Shown here: positions 31,732 to 40,805 of the stretch, piece after piece
Layout of the letters: each line of letters starts with the position of its first letter
Numbering within the stretch: the stretch's first letter is position 1
Assembly: GCA_964245215.1 (NCBI GenBank)
Contig: CAXTME010000006.1
Span: 7,845-71,844, forward strand
Reading direction: 5' to 3'
Length of the DNA stretch: 64,000 nt
From: an uncultured Lichenihabitans sp.
Lineage (GTDB): Bacteria > Pseudomonadota > Alphaproteobacteria > Rhizobiales > Beijerinckiaceae
Position numbers and translations under genes: made by a program
The notes under the pieces: generated by a model
Told to the model about the DNA's origin: nothing
The model's input: only the letters and a program-made list of their open reading frames with translations
The model's database searches: none

Positions 31732-31909
31732 TGATGGAACCCGAATGACGTGAAAGCCGAACGCCGATCCCGACGAGGGATCGACGTTCGGCCATTGGTG
31801 CAACCTGTATCACGTCGCGAGCCTCAAGTGGAACTCGCTGTCGACCGATGAATGTCGACGCGTCGGTCGAGTGCTGTAACGATGTCTCCTCGAACCGTGG
31901 CTAGCAGCA

Positions 31910-32074
31910 TCAATAATGATAGGGCGATCCAAAGAGGAAATACAAGATCAGCAAGATCATCAAGATGCCAACTATGCCAATACCGCCGTTCCCATAGTAA
32001 CCTCCACGATAGCCGTAGTAGCCACCACCACCGAACAAGAATATGATGACTAGGATAATGATGAGAAGGGTCAC
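31910..32074 (-). CDS. Small membrane protein, DUF3309-like
   Basis: 54 aa: MTLLIIILVIIFLFGGGGYYGYRGGYYGNGGIGIVGILMILLILYFLFG; GTG start with aggag RBS. Confidence 0.8.
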   Translation of the reverse strand: MTLLIIILVIIFLFGGGGYYGYRGGYYGNGGIGIVGILMILLILYFLFGSPYHY

Positions 32075-32265
32075 GTTGGGCTCCTGGCGTGATCGATGCG
32101 CTGCGAGAGCGCATTCGGGGTAGTATGAAAGCATCTCGACACGTGGTGCGGCGAAATGCCCTCGGCAGGTCGTCAACGCGATTGCGGCCGGAATGTGCCA
32201 CCGTCAGCTGAGCTTTTGTCAGTTTTTCTTGGGTGCGATGTGATGGCGGCCGTCAACGTCAGCTG

Positions 32266-32769
32266 TCAGGCCGCCTTGCGGTTGACAGAGGTGCTCGCCA
32301 AACCCGTGAGGATCTTGTCGGTCGCCTTCTCCTCCTCGAGAGTCTTTTCGAAAAGAGCCGCCGCTTCGGCGTGTCCGAGTTGCTTCGCCCAGGCGATGAG
32401 TGTTCCATAACGGGCAATCTCGTAGTGCTCTACCGCTTGTGCGGCCGCCACGAGGCCGGCGTCGAGCACATCCTTGTCGTCGATGTCGCCCGCGACTTCC
32501 TCGGCTTCCTTGATGATGCCGTCGATGGCGGGACAGGTTACGGATTCGGCCTTCATGCCGAGCATCGCGAAGACGTCGTCGAGCCGCTTGATCTGGTGCT
32601 CGGTCTCGTCGAGATGCGTCTTGAACCCCTGCTGCAGGGATGGGCTCGTGGCCTTGGCGATCATCTTGGGCAGCGCCTTGGTGATCCGATGTTCGGCGTA
32701 ATAGACGTCCTTCAGCTGGTGGGCGAAGAGGTCTGCGAGGGTATGGATATCTTTGGTGAACAGTCCCAT
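32266..32769 (-). CDS. Ferritin-like DUF892 stress protein (YciE/YciF-like)
   Basis: LKDVYYAE..I.KALPKM, HL.ET..QI.RL, AAAQAVEHYEIARYGTL, TL.EEK.TD. Confidence 0.92.
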   Translation of the reverse strand: MGLFTKDIHTLADLFAHQLKDVYYAEHRITKALPKMIAKATSPSLQQGFKTHLDETEHQIKRLDDVFAMLGMKAESVTCPAIDGIIKEAEEVAGDIDDKDVLDAGLVAAAQAVEHYEIARYGTLIAWAKQLGHAEAAALFEKTLEEEKATDKILTGLASTSVNRKAA

Positions 32770-32817
32770 GGCGGGCTCCCGGACAACGGCGGCGCGACAG
32801 GGCCGCCTTGGAGCTTC

Positions 32818-32843
32818 AATTCGGCCGCCACAGTCCCTGTTCC
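32818..32843 (-). promoter_or_regulatory. Putative EcfG/RpoE2 general-stress promoter
   Basis: Minus strand GGAAC-N19-TT about 50 nt upstream of the YciF-like gene. Confidence 0.5.
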
Positions 32844-32863
32844 GCAACCGGCCGATCTCGCCC

Positions 32864-34183
32864 TCAAGCCTCGCGATCGAGCGGCGAGTTTTTCCGCGTG
32901 TCGGGTAGCCAGAGATAGACGACGAGCGAAACGGCGATCAGCGCCGTGGCGTACCAGAAGAACCCGGCCTCATTGCCGCTGTCCTTGAACTGCAGTGCGA
33001 TCCCGTCGACCGAGCCGCCGAAGATCGCGGCCGTGAACGCATAGGGAAGGCCGACGCCGAGCGCCCTTATGGCGGTCGGAAAGAGTTCCGCCTTCACGAT
33101 GGCGGTCACGGAGGTGTAGCCGCTGACGATCGCCCAGGCGAGGCAGATCAGCAGCAGCGCCACGACGGGACTGTGGGTCGAGCGGATCGCCGTCAGGATC
33201 GGGACGGTGCCGAGCGTGCCGAGCACGCCGAAGCCCACCAGCATGGCCTTCCGGCCGATCCGGTCCGACACGGCGCCGTAAAGCGGCTGGATCGCGGCCG
33301 CGAAGACCAGAGACACCAGCGTGACGGTCGTGGTCTGGTCGTCGGTGAGGCCGACGGACAGCTTGAGGTATTTCTGCATGTAGGTCGTGTAGGTATAGAA
33401 TGCCGAGGTACCTCCGACCGTGATGCCGACCACGACCACCATGTTGCGCCAATTGTGCCTCAGCAGCTCGGCGAAAGGTTCCCGAACCTTGCTGGCCACG
33501 ACGAACTTCTCGCTTTCATGCAGGCTCGCGCGCATCCGCAGGCCGTAGAGCGACATGAGGGCGCCGATCGCGAAAGGGATGCGCCATCCCCAGGCCTTCA
33601 ACTGGTCCGGCGTGAGAAAGAGTTTCTGCAAAATGAAGAGCAGCAACACGGCGCAGAGTTGCCCGCCGATCAGCGTCACATACCAGACGCCGGAGTAGAA
33701 GCCGCGGTGTTGCGGTTCGGCGATCTCGCTGAGGTAGGTGACGCTCGTGCCGTATTCCCCGCCCTGGCTCAGCCCCTGCAGGATGCGGGCGACGGAAAGA
33801 ATGACGGGCGCCCAGACCCCGATCATGGCGTAGGTGGGCGACACGGCGACAAGGAGCGAGCCGAAGCACATCAAAAGGATCGAGGCGGTCAGCGAGGTCC
33901 GGCGGCCGTGGCGGTCCGCCAGGTAGCCGAAGATCAGGCTGCCGATCGGCCGCATCAGAAAGGCGACGGCAAACAGCGTGGCGGCGGAGAGTTGCTGCAC
34001 CACGGGATCACCCTTCGGAAAGAAGGAGCCTGCGAAATAGAGCGCGAACGCCGTATAGGCGTAGACATCGTACCATTCGAGCAGGTTGCCGAACGAGGTC
34101 GCGAGGATGGCGCGGACCCGGTTCGGGGCTTGGCGGGCGGCATCCGAGCCGGTCGAGCGGCCCGGGAGTACGACATTCACCAT
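32864..34183 (-). CDS. MFS metabolite:H+ symporter (KgtP-like)
   Basis: GNLLEWYD.Y.Y, FLMRPIG, ARILQGLSQGGEYG, AELFPT.IRALG. Confidence 0.92.
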   Translation of the reverse strand: MVNVVLPGRSTGSDAARQAPNRVRAILATSFGNLLEWYDVYAYTAFALYFAGSFFPKGDPVVQQLSAATLFAVAFLMRPIGSLIFGYLADRHGRRTSLTASILLMCFGSLLVAVSPTYAMIGVWAPVILSVARILQGLSQGGEYGTSVTYLSEIAEPQHRGFYSGVWYVTLIGGQLCAVLLLFILQKLFLTPDQLKAWGWRIPFAIGALMSLYGLRMRASLHESEKFVVASKVREPFAELLRHNWRNMVVVVGITVGGTSAFYTYTTYMQKYLKLSVGLTDDQTTTVTLVSLVFAAAIQPLYGAVSDRIGRKAMLVGFGVLGTLGTVPILTAIRSTHSPVVALLLICLAWAIVSGYTSVTAIVKAELFPTAIRALGVGLPYAFTAAIFGGSVDGIALQFKDSGNEAGFFWYATALIAVSLVVYLWLPDTRKNSPLDREA

Positions 34184-34279
34184 CCGCGTTTTCCCCTCCG
34201 CAGCAGCGTCCGGAACGCTATCTCTTGCGGAAAGGATTTCAGGTTGCCGGCCCGATCACAAGGCCTCGGCACCGGCTTT

Positions 34280-34591
34280 TCACCCGAGAGCGAAATCGAG
34301 CACCATCAAGCCGCCCAGGCCGCCTTCGGCAGCCTTGACCAGGCGGGCGCCGGCGGCCTCGTGATCGGGGTGCGCCAGGTAGGCGTCACGGGCCGCCGCA
34401 TCGCTGAAATCGACCGTGAACGCATGGGTGAACCCGCGCGAGAGGCCTTCGGGGCTGACGTTGGAGCCGTGACAGAAGACTTTCATTCCGGGCAACTTGG
34501 CCCGAAGCTCGCCGAGCTGCTTGAACATCGCCGTGATCTCGGTGTCAGGGACAGCCTCCCGAAAGCGAACCAGAACCACATGTCGGATCAT
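34280..34591 (-). CDS. Dabb family stress-responsive A/B barrel protein
   Basis: MIRHVVLVRF...N.SPEGL..GFTH.F.VDF....RDAYLAHPDH. Confidence 0.88.
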   Translation of the reverse strand: MIRHVVLVRFREAVPDTEITAMFKQLGELRAKLPGMKVFCHGSNVSPEGLSRGFTHAFTVDFSDAAARDAYLAHPDHEAAGARLVKAAEGGLGGLMVLDFALG

Positions 34592-34935
34592 CGCGTCCAC
34601 CTCTGCCGCCGCCCCCTTCCACCATGCTATCCGGCGCAGGACCGGTCCTCAATGCACGTTGCGTCAAAAAACCGACGCGCTCCCTTCGACGGCCAACACT
34701 CAAGAGATTGCGTGAGGCCTGCCGGGGAAGAGTACTCTCATCCCCTTTCAGACAGCCGACCCGAACACCTCGTCGGCCGTTCGATCAGCGGGTCTCTCGA
34801 GGCGATGGCATAGTCCCCCACTCGCGTAACATCGTACGTTATCAGACCTATGACGTCCCAGGGTTGCGCTCTATCCTGGACGAAAACTATGATTGTTTCG
34901 AACTTTCGTACCGCCTGCATCGACGAATGCTAGTG

Positions 34936-35316
34936 ATGGATTTCGCGCCGCCTATCAGCCCTGCATGTTTGATCATCGACGACAACGTCGTCGTTGCGAT
35001 GGATCTCGAGGAGCGGATCGCCGAAGCAGGTTTCAATGCCCATTGGGTCAACTCGGTCCAAAACGCCTCGACGATCCTCGAGACCTTAACGCCGGACGTC
35101 GTCATTCTCGATACCGTGGTGGGGGCGAAGACCTGCAGTTCTCTCGCACAGGCCCTGAAAGCGCGCGGCATCCCATTCGTCGTCCACAGCGGCTATACGC
35201 CCGGCGCCGATCTCAGGCATTTTGCCGATGCACCTTGGGTCCGAAAACCCGTCGAGACCAGCGCATTGATCAAAGCCCTGAATAGTCTTTTGAACGAAAC
35301 TTTCGTCGTTCCCTGA
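34936..35316 (+). CDS. Single-domain response regulator
   Basis: LIIDDNVVVAMDL, PDVVILD, IPFVVHSGY, RKP. Confidence 0.85.
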   Translation: MDFAPPISPACLIIDDNVVVAMDLEERIAEAGFNAHWVNSVQNASTILETLTPDVVILDTVVGAKTCSSLAQALKARGIPFVVHSGYTPGADLRHFADAPWVRKPVETSALIKALNSLLNETFVVP

Positions 35317-35603
35317 AATCACCACTAGATCCGTTCTGACCCGCTCGCCGTGGTCAGGCTTACTTGGACTAAACAAGACGATAGGGGCCTTCCGGGCGCT
35401 GAACGCCTGCCCTGGATACTGCTCACACTCACTAAGACTAGAGGTCGATCTTTGTGGATTGTCTACTAAGACAAGATCGGAAAGTGCGTACGCTTTCAGA
35501 CACTGAGAATAAACCCTCAATCTGCGTGCTAAACGAGTGCTACGCTTGAGCAACATGAATGCACTGCACATCAGCGGTGCCAAGCCGCGAGGGACGCTCC
35601 GCG

Positions 35604-35870
35604 ATGCGCTCAGAGACAACGCGACGGTATTTCTCGCAGGCCGCGAGAGAGGCTGCGCTGGCGGTGCGCCTAGCGAATCGCAAGCTGCCCGGCGACTTCG
35701 GACGTCCGGAGGTCTTCGTCGTCCGCATGCCGCAACCGGGTACCATGTTCGGCTGGGAAATCCGGCGTTTCGGGGCGATCGTCCTGCACCGAAGTGAAGC
35801 GGGCTATAGGGCGCCGGCACTGGCGCGCCTGGCGGGGGAGGTGGCGATGGCAGAGTTAGGACCGTCGTGA
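35604..35870 (+). CDS. Small hypothetical protein (paralog of 60094..60354)
   Basis: gaggga RBS; 36/67 ungapped identities to 60094..60354 by hand alignment. Confidence 0.8.
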   Translation: MRSETTRRYFSQAAREAALAVRLANRKLPGDFGRPEVFVVRMPQPGTMFGWEIRRFGAIVLHRSEAGYRAPALARLAGEVAMAELGPS

Positions 35871-35887
35871 GCGCCGATTGCTACCTC

Positions 35888-35992
35888 ATGATGGCGACCT
35901 ATGGCCACGTCCTTCTGGGCTGCCTGTTCCTGCTAACGGCGCTTTGGCTCCTTCTTCCCTGGTTGCTGAAGGATGATCACCACGGCCGATAA
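35888..35992 (+). CDS. Putative 34-aa single-pass membrane microprotein
   Basis: MMATYGHVLLGCLFLLTALWLLLPWLLKDDHHGR*; below the ORF-track cutoff and directly downstream of the 35604 gene. Confidence 0.4.
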   Translation: MMATYGHVLLGCLFLLTALWLLLPWLLKDDHHGR

Positions 35993-36174
35993 GCCGAACG
36001 ATACTCGACCTCGGCCAGAACTCGACTCCAGTAGCCCGATCGCTCCCGTTCACGCGCGGCCTTGACGGCGTGTCGTGCCATGAACAGCGCATTGGTCCCA
36101 TGAACATTGATCAGGCGATCAGCGCCTAGTACGGCAGATCGATTCAGCATCGAGCCGATGAGAAAGCGCAGCAT
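35977..36174 (-). CDS. Small hypothetical helical protein
   Basis: 65 aa: ...ADRLINVHGTNALFMAR.....RERSGYWSRVLAEVE, a pattern resembling short uncharacterised alphaproteobacterial proteins. Confidence 0.5.
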   Translation of the reverse strand: MLRFLIGSMLNRSAVLGADRLINVHGTNALFMARHAVKAARERERSGYWSRVLAEVEYRSAYRPW

Positions 36175-36570
36175 TTCGATCTTTGTGCGAGCGAGACTGA
36201 CCAACGCAGCCAACCGACGGTCGTTATAAATTCAATCGGCTTTGGAACATAGCGGTCGCAAGGTCGCGGGGTCGGTCGTCTTCGCGACTAGGTCGTGTCG
36301 CGTGCTTCGCAGAAAGGACGGGGTTGCGCCGACAATCGAGCGCCGTTGCGAAGGTTTTGTCGTTTCGTCATCAGGTCCGGCGTCGCCGAGGCGCGCGGAG
36401 GCGTCGAGCGCAGTCTGCGGGCCGTCGCCGCTCGATCTGCACGTGACCGAGTCATTGCGATTGCATTGATGATCGGAGCCGCGATATTGGCGAGAGACAT
36501 GAGACAGTCAGATCAAGCCGACAAAGCAATACTACTTTCAATGGTGTCACCGTGTTGAGGATGTAGCGAA

Positions 36571-37512
36571 ATGGCAAGCTCCGCACCCAATTTGCTCAAG
36601 ATTGCGTCCGCGCTGATCTTCGGGACGAGTGTAGGCTTATCGACCCTGGACAAGGCGCAGGCGGCCGACAATGCAGAGTTCAGGCGATCTACTCAGCAGA
36701 TCGTATCCAGCGAGAAAGTCGGTAACACTGACCTGCCAGCTGACAACAAGCAACTCCCCGCGCCGATTGCGGGTAAGACGTATCGCCTGACATTTGATGA
36801 CGAGTTCACGTCTTTGAAGACAATTTCCGCTGGTAACACCTACAATGGCGCCAAATGGTACAATGGCGTCGAACAATGCTGCATGTCCGACGTGGGCGGA
36901 GCCGCTGCGGCCATGTACCCCAGCAAGATCAACGGTCAAGCCGTCGATCCATATTCCATCGATCCGGAGCATGGGCTCGACATTACCTTATCCAAAAATA
37001 GCAACGGTTGGTACTCTGGCATCTTGACCAGCGTGGATCGGTTCGGCCAAGGCTTTTCGCAGAAGTATGGATACTTCGAGATCAAGGCGAGAATGCCTTC
37101 CGGACCCGGTACCTGGCCAGCGTTTTGGATGAAGAGCCTCTCTAATCTGGTGACGCATGATCATGTCGGTGAGCTCGACATTTTCGAACAATATGCTGTC
37201 AATGCCAAAGGCTTCTGCACGACGTACCATGACTGGTCCGAGAAGAAGACTCCGTTTTACAATTGCAAGAACCCGACACCGGACCTTACACAAGACTTTC
37301 ATACTTGGGGATTGTTGTGGACAAAATCGAAAATGATCGTGTACTTCGATGGCGAAGAAATCAACGAAACGAGCACGCCTGAGATAGCGCAGCAAGCGTA
37401 TTACCTCATCCTGGACTTGGGGATCGGCGGAGGCTGGCCGACAGATCGAACACCGGACTCAAACACATTGAAGATCCGCTACGTTCGAGCCTACGCCGAA
37501 GTAACACAATGA
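36571..37512 (+). CDS. Exported glycoside hydrolase family 16 (beta-glucanase, laminarinase-type)
   Basis: Signal peptide; FDDEF, YGYFEIKARMP.G.G.WPAFWM, catalytic ELDIFE, FHTWGLLW, YFDG. Confidence 0.92.
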   Translation: MASSAPNLLKIASALIFGTSVGLSTLDKAQAADNAEFRRSTQQIVSSEKVGNTDLPADNKQLPAPIAGKTYRLTFDDEFTSLKTISAGNTYNGAKWYNGVEQCCMSDVGGAAAAMYPSKINGQAVDPYSIDPEHGLDITLSKNSNGWYSGILTSVDRFGQGFSQKYGYFEIKARMPSGPGTWPAFWMKSLSNLVTHDHVGELDIFEQYAVNAKGFCTTYHDWSEKKTPFYNCKNPTPDLTQDFHTWGLLWTKSKMIVYFDGEEINETSTPEIAQQAYYLILDLGIGGGWPTDRTPDSNTLKIRYVRAYAEVTQ

Positions 37513-37628
37513 CAGTGGCGTAAGCCAGCGGACCGCGGCAGTACACCCGACCTTCACTCGGTTGTTCGTCGACGCAGAGGTACTCCAGGGAGACGGCGCA
37601 ACAGATTTGTCGGGATCGGCGCTTTCCC

Positions 37629-38042
37629 CTAATTCGATGTGGAGCAGGCCTGCCTCGAACCCGGATGCGGACGATGCGATCTCAGCTCCAGGCGTCGGGG
37701 CTCAAACACCGACGCCGGCACCTCGATCAGGTTCTCGGACAGCGCCAATGCCGAGTAACGTCCCTGCAGGCTTAAGTCTTCGAGACATTCCAACACGTCT
37801 CGCTCAGCCAACAGCAAAGCTGGACCGGTCGATGCGTAACGCTTTCTTTGCCCATCTAAGACTTCCCGGCAATAGGCTAAGCAGCGATCCCACATGTTCC
37901 AGCCGTCCAAGACGATATGGAGCGCGCCACCCGCCTCTCCTCCCTCACAAGCATAGAGGCGATTGATCGATCGTGCGGCACGAATTGTGGATTGACTCAC
38001 GGCGGCTGCGCGGCCGTTCTCGATCCAGCAGGCATAGCACAT
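37629..38042 (-). CDS. Hypothetical protein with MCxxC and GGxLHIVLD motifs
   Basis: MCYACWIENG...GGALHIVLDGWN..D.CL.YC; purine-rich RBS-like stretch upstream. Confidence 0.55.
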   Translation of the reverse strand: MCYACWIENGRAAAVSQSTIRAARSINRLYACEGGEAGGALHIVLDGWNMWDRCLAYCREVLDGQRKRYASTGPALLLAERDVLECLEDLSLQGRYSALALSENLIEVPASVFEPRRLELRSHRPHPGSRQACSTSN

Positions 38043-38267
38043 GCTTCTTTCCGATCATTGACATGACGATACACAACATCAAGACCGGAAGCGGCGCAGA
38101 TTTATTCCCTGCGATCACGGGGAAACGGAATTTATCTTCAAGATCAACCCTGGAAGGTGGTCAGTCGGTCGCTAACACAGTTCTCGCTTGTCGATGGACA
38201 CTTTCACTCACTCGCGCTGCAAGTGCCTGAGAAGCCTTCAAAGAAGGAGTCTAGGGAGACGCAGCTC

Positions 38268-38528
38268 GTGCCGATACCACTTGTTCTCATAGATCGTTGC
38301 ACGCTCCCCACCCGGGTTGCTCTAGTCGCGGCCGTCAAGTTCCACACCTCGATCGGGACGGTCGTCCGGGTGGAAGACAGCGGTAGACCGCTTGGACGGC
38401 GTTTCTGTTACGAAGTTCGGTCATTGGAAGGTGGGAACCGTCTGCTCGATACAGGCGGTCACCATCTCGGCTTGTTCGCCACGATTTCGGCCCTGGTCGA
38501 CTTCGCGGAGATCAAGACAGCCGATTGA
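38268..38528 (+). CDS. Hypothetical protein (86 aa)
   Basis: GTG start after an agggag RBS; protein-like beta-rich sequence; no family recognised. Confidence 0.5.
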   Translation: MPIPLVLIDRCTLPTRVALVAAVKFHTSIGTVVRVEDSGRPLGRRFCYEVRSLEGGNRLLDTGGHHLGLFATISALVDFAEIKTAD

Positions 38529-38617
38529 CGCCTGCGAGCACGTCGACCCCATCACCTGTCATTGACGGGCGTCAGCGGCTGAGCATGCGTTTGCTCGCAG
38601 CCCGCGTTCCAAACGGA

Positions 38618-38940
38618 TCACGCGATAGCGATGCCGCCCGTCACCCGTAGATCTCGCCGGTCACGTAGATCGCTTCCTGCGAGGCGAGGAAGACGTAGAT
38701 CGGCGCAAGCTCGACGGGCTGACCGGGCCGGCCGATCGGAACGCTCTTGCCGAGTTCGACGACCTTCTCCGGCGTCTGTCCTCCGCTCGGCTGGATCGGT
38801 GTCCAGAACGGGCCCGGGGCGACCGCGTTCACCCTGATGCCGCGCTCGATCAGTTGGCGAGAGAGACCCTTGGTAAAAATCGACGACGCGCGCTCAGCCG
38901 CTATTGTCGTCGGCAGGTTCGACGGAAGCGGCTCCCAATT
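38618..38940 (-). pseudogene. Degraded C-terminal half of an SDR (YghA/YhdF-like)
   Basis: FTKGLSRQLIERGIRVNAVAPGPFWTP.QPSGG...GRPGQPVELAPIYVFLAS...YVTGEIYG. A 1-nt deletion shifts the usual VTGG tail, which survives out of frame as VTGGIAIA*. The N-terminal half is missing. Confidence 0.85.
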
Positions 38941-39667
38941 CGCGGAGGGTTGCATGGACGGTCCTCTCCTCAGATGATCCACGATGCCCAGAGCACGGTG
39001 CTTAGAGTGCGCGCCGACCTGCGACACCGGTGATCGCACATCGACGCTCTGCTGAATGTCCGCTAGCGTACATTCGTATCGCCGTGCCAAAATGCCGATC
39101 GAAGCCAAAGCGTCGCTCACGTCTTCAGAGCGTTGGCCTGTCCGATCGTCGAGATGAGGTTTGGTGAACCCGATCGGCCGTGATCGTCGGGGCACAGTCT
39201 ATGGGTTGCACCCATGAGCAGCTTGGGCCTGATCGAGAACTTTCCGCAGAAGCCTGCAGGTTGTGCCTACGTCATTGTCCTCGATGAGCCTGTGCCAGCG
39301 ACTTCGACTGGCATTCGGCCGGCATCGGTTCCATAGGCCGAAGCGGTCCGTGTCGTCGGTCCGGGCTCAAGGTATCGATCGCTCGAACGAGCTTCGCATC
39401 AGCCTTTCGGAGTACGCGTAGGCGTTCGATGAGCTGTTCCAGTTGCGCGCTATCCAGTGTGCGCCAATCGTCCAGCATATGTGGCTCGCAAACCTTCGAC
39501 ATCGTTCAGTCTTCGAGCGAGGCCTTGAAGCTGTCGGCGCCGGATGCCCCATCGAACCAACGTTGAGACAAGATTGTCGAGGCCTTGGTTTAAGCCAATA
39601 GCGTTTCGAGTCGCAGGGAGACTTGGTCTGAAACCGTACGGCACCAATCACCGTAGGCCACCACCTT

Positions 39668-39704
39668 ACGCACTCGGACGACGGTCGACGTCGTCCGATT
39701 GCGT
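39668..39704. terminator. Strong hairpin downstream of the SDR gene
   Basis: acgca-c-tcggacgac / gtcgtccga-t-tgcgt: 15-bp stem with one mismatch; weak U-tract. Confidence 0.35.
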
Positions 39705-39803
39705 GATCTTTATGGGGATCTGGCGATCCGGCGTCACCACGGAGCGGCGATCGGCATCTCGGTGCCGAGCGGTGCTGGTCGTGCCTTCACAAGCGCATTC
39801 ATG

Positions 39804-40805
39804 TCACGAACGTCGGCGACCCAGCAGCAGCGCGGCAGCGAGCGAGGCGCCGGTGGCCAGGACCATCGTGGTCACGGGATTGAGACCGGCCCTGGTGTAG
39901 GCGCTCGTCTTCATGACATAGCCCGGGTAATCGCCGCGCGTCTGGCCACCGTTTTTCGGCTCGTGGAGGGCACCGGCGGGATCGCGGGGCTTTTCCTTTC
40001 GGCGCTCGAAAGCCGAGATGGCGGGCGCAAGAAGGTCGTAGGCACCCGGCGCAGCCGTCTTCAGATCGGAGAGAACCTTACCGGCGCCGCCGACATAAAT
40101 CTCCCGTCGCGGCTTCACTGCGGCATGCAGGATAGCTTCCGCGACCTCCTCCGGCCGGTAGATCGGCGGCGGCAAAGTCGGCTCGCGATCCATGTAATTG
40201 CGGGCGCGGTGTGGAAGCGGCGTGTCGATGGAAGTTGGCTTGATGAGCGTGACGCCGATCGGAATGTTGTCCTGGAGTAACTCCATCCGCAGCGCGTCGG
40301 TAAAGCCCTGCACGGCGTGCTTGCTGGCGCAGTACATGCCCTGAAGCGGGAATGAGAGGTCGGACGCGACACTCCCGATGTTGACGAGCGAGCCGCCCTT
40401 GTCCCGCAGATGCTCGACCGCGACGAGCGAACCGTTGACCGTTCCCCAGAAATTGGTCTGCATCAATCGTTGGCTATCGCGATCCTCGACGTCCCAGAGG
40501 TTTCCGTAGATCGTCAGCCCGGCGACGTTGACCCAGGTGTCGAAGCCGCCGAACGCTGCAACGGCGCGATCGGCCGCGCTTTGCAAGGCTTCGCGAGATC
40601 CGACATCTGCGACGACATGAAGTGCCTTGCCGCCTTTGGCTACGATGCGAGCCTCCTCGGCCGCCAAGGCTTCGGCGTTCCGTGCCACCAGGACCACCTT
40701 GGCCCCGCGCTCGACCGCCATGCGGGCCGTGGCGAGTCCGATTCCGCTCGATGCTCCGGTGATGACGATCACCTGCTCGTTCAGCGGCTTCCTGGTCTGG
40801 TTCAT
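39804..40805 (-). CDS. SDR family oxidoreductase (stress-type, C-terminal membrane tail)
   Basis: VITGASSGIG, DTWVNVAG, NIGS, YCASK. Confidence 0.93.
   Translation of the reverse strand: MNQTRKPLNEQVIVITGASSGIGLATARMAVERGAKVVLVARNAEALAAEEARIVAKGGKALHVVADVGSREALQSAADRAVAAFGGFDTWVNVAGLTIYGNLWDVEDRDSQRLMQTNFWGTVNGSLVAVEHLRDKGGSLVNIGSVASDLSFPLQGMYCASKHAVQGFTDALRMELLQDNIPIGVTLIKPTSIDTPLPHRARNYMDREPTLPPPIYRPEEVAEAILHAAVKPRREIYVGGAGKVLSDLKTAAPGAYDLLAPAISAFERRKEKPRDPAGALHEPKNGGQTRGDYPGYVMKTSAYTRAGLNPVTTMVLATGASLAAALLLGRRRS

Noticed and set aside
33173-34813. 546-aa plus-strand ORF
   Set aside because: Antisense to the MFS and Dabb genes.
35086-35820. Minus-strand ORF with receiver-like DLVLVD...PIVLFS words
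   Set aside because: Overlaps two better-supported plus-strand genes, and the resemblance is limited to short words.
39272-39502. 76-aa ORF MSKVCEPHMLDDW...
   Set aside because: No recognisable motif or clear RBS; it may be a frameshifted relic, but I cannot support a call.
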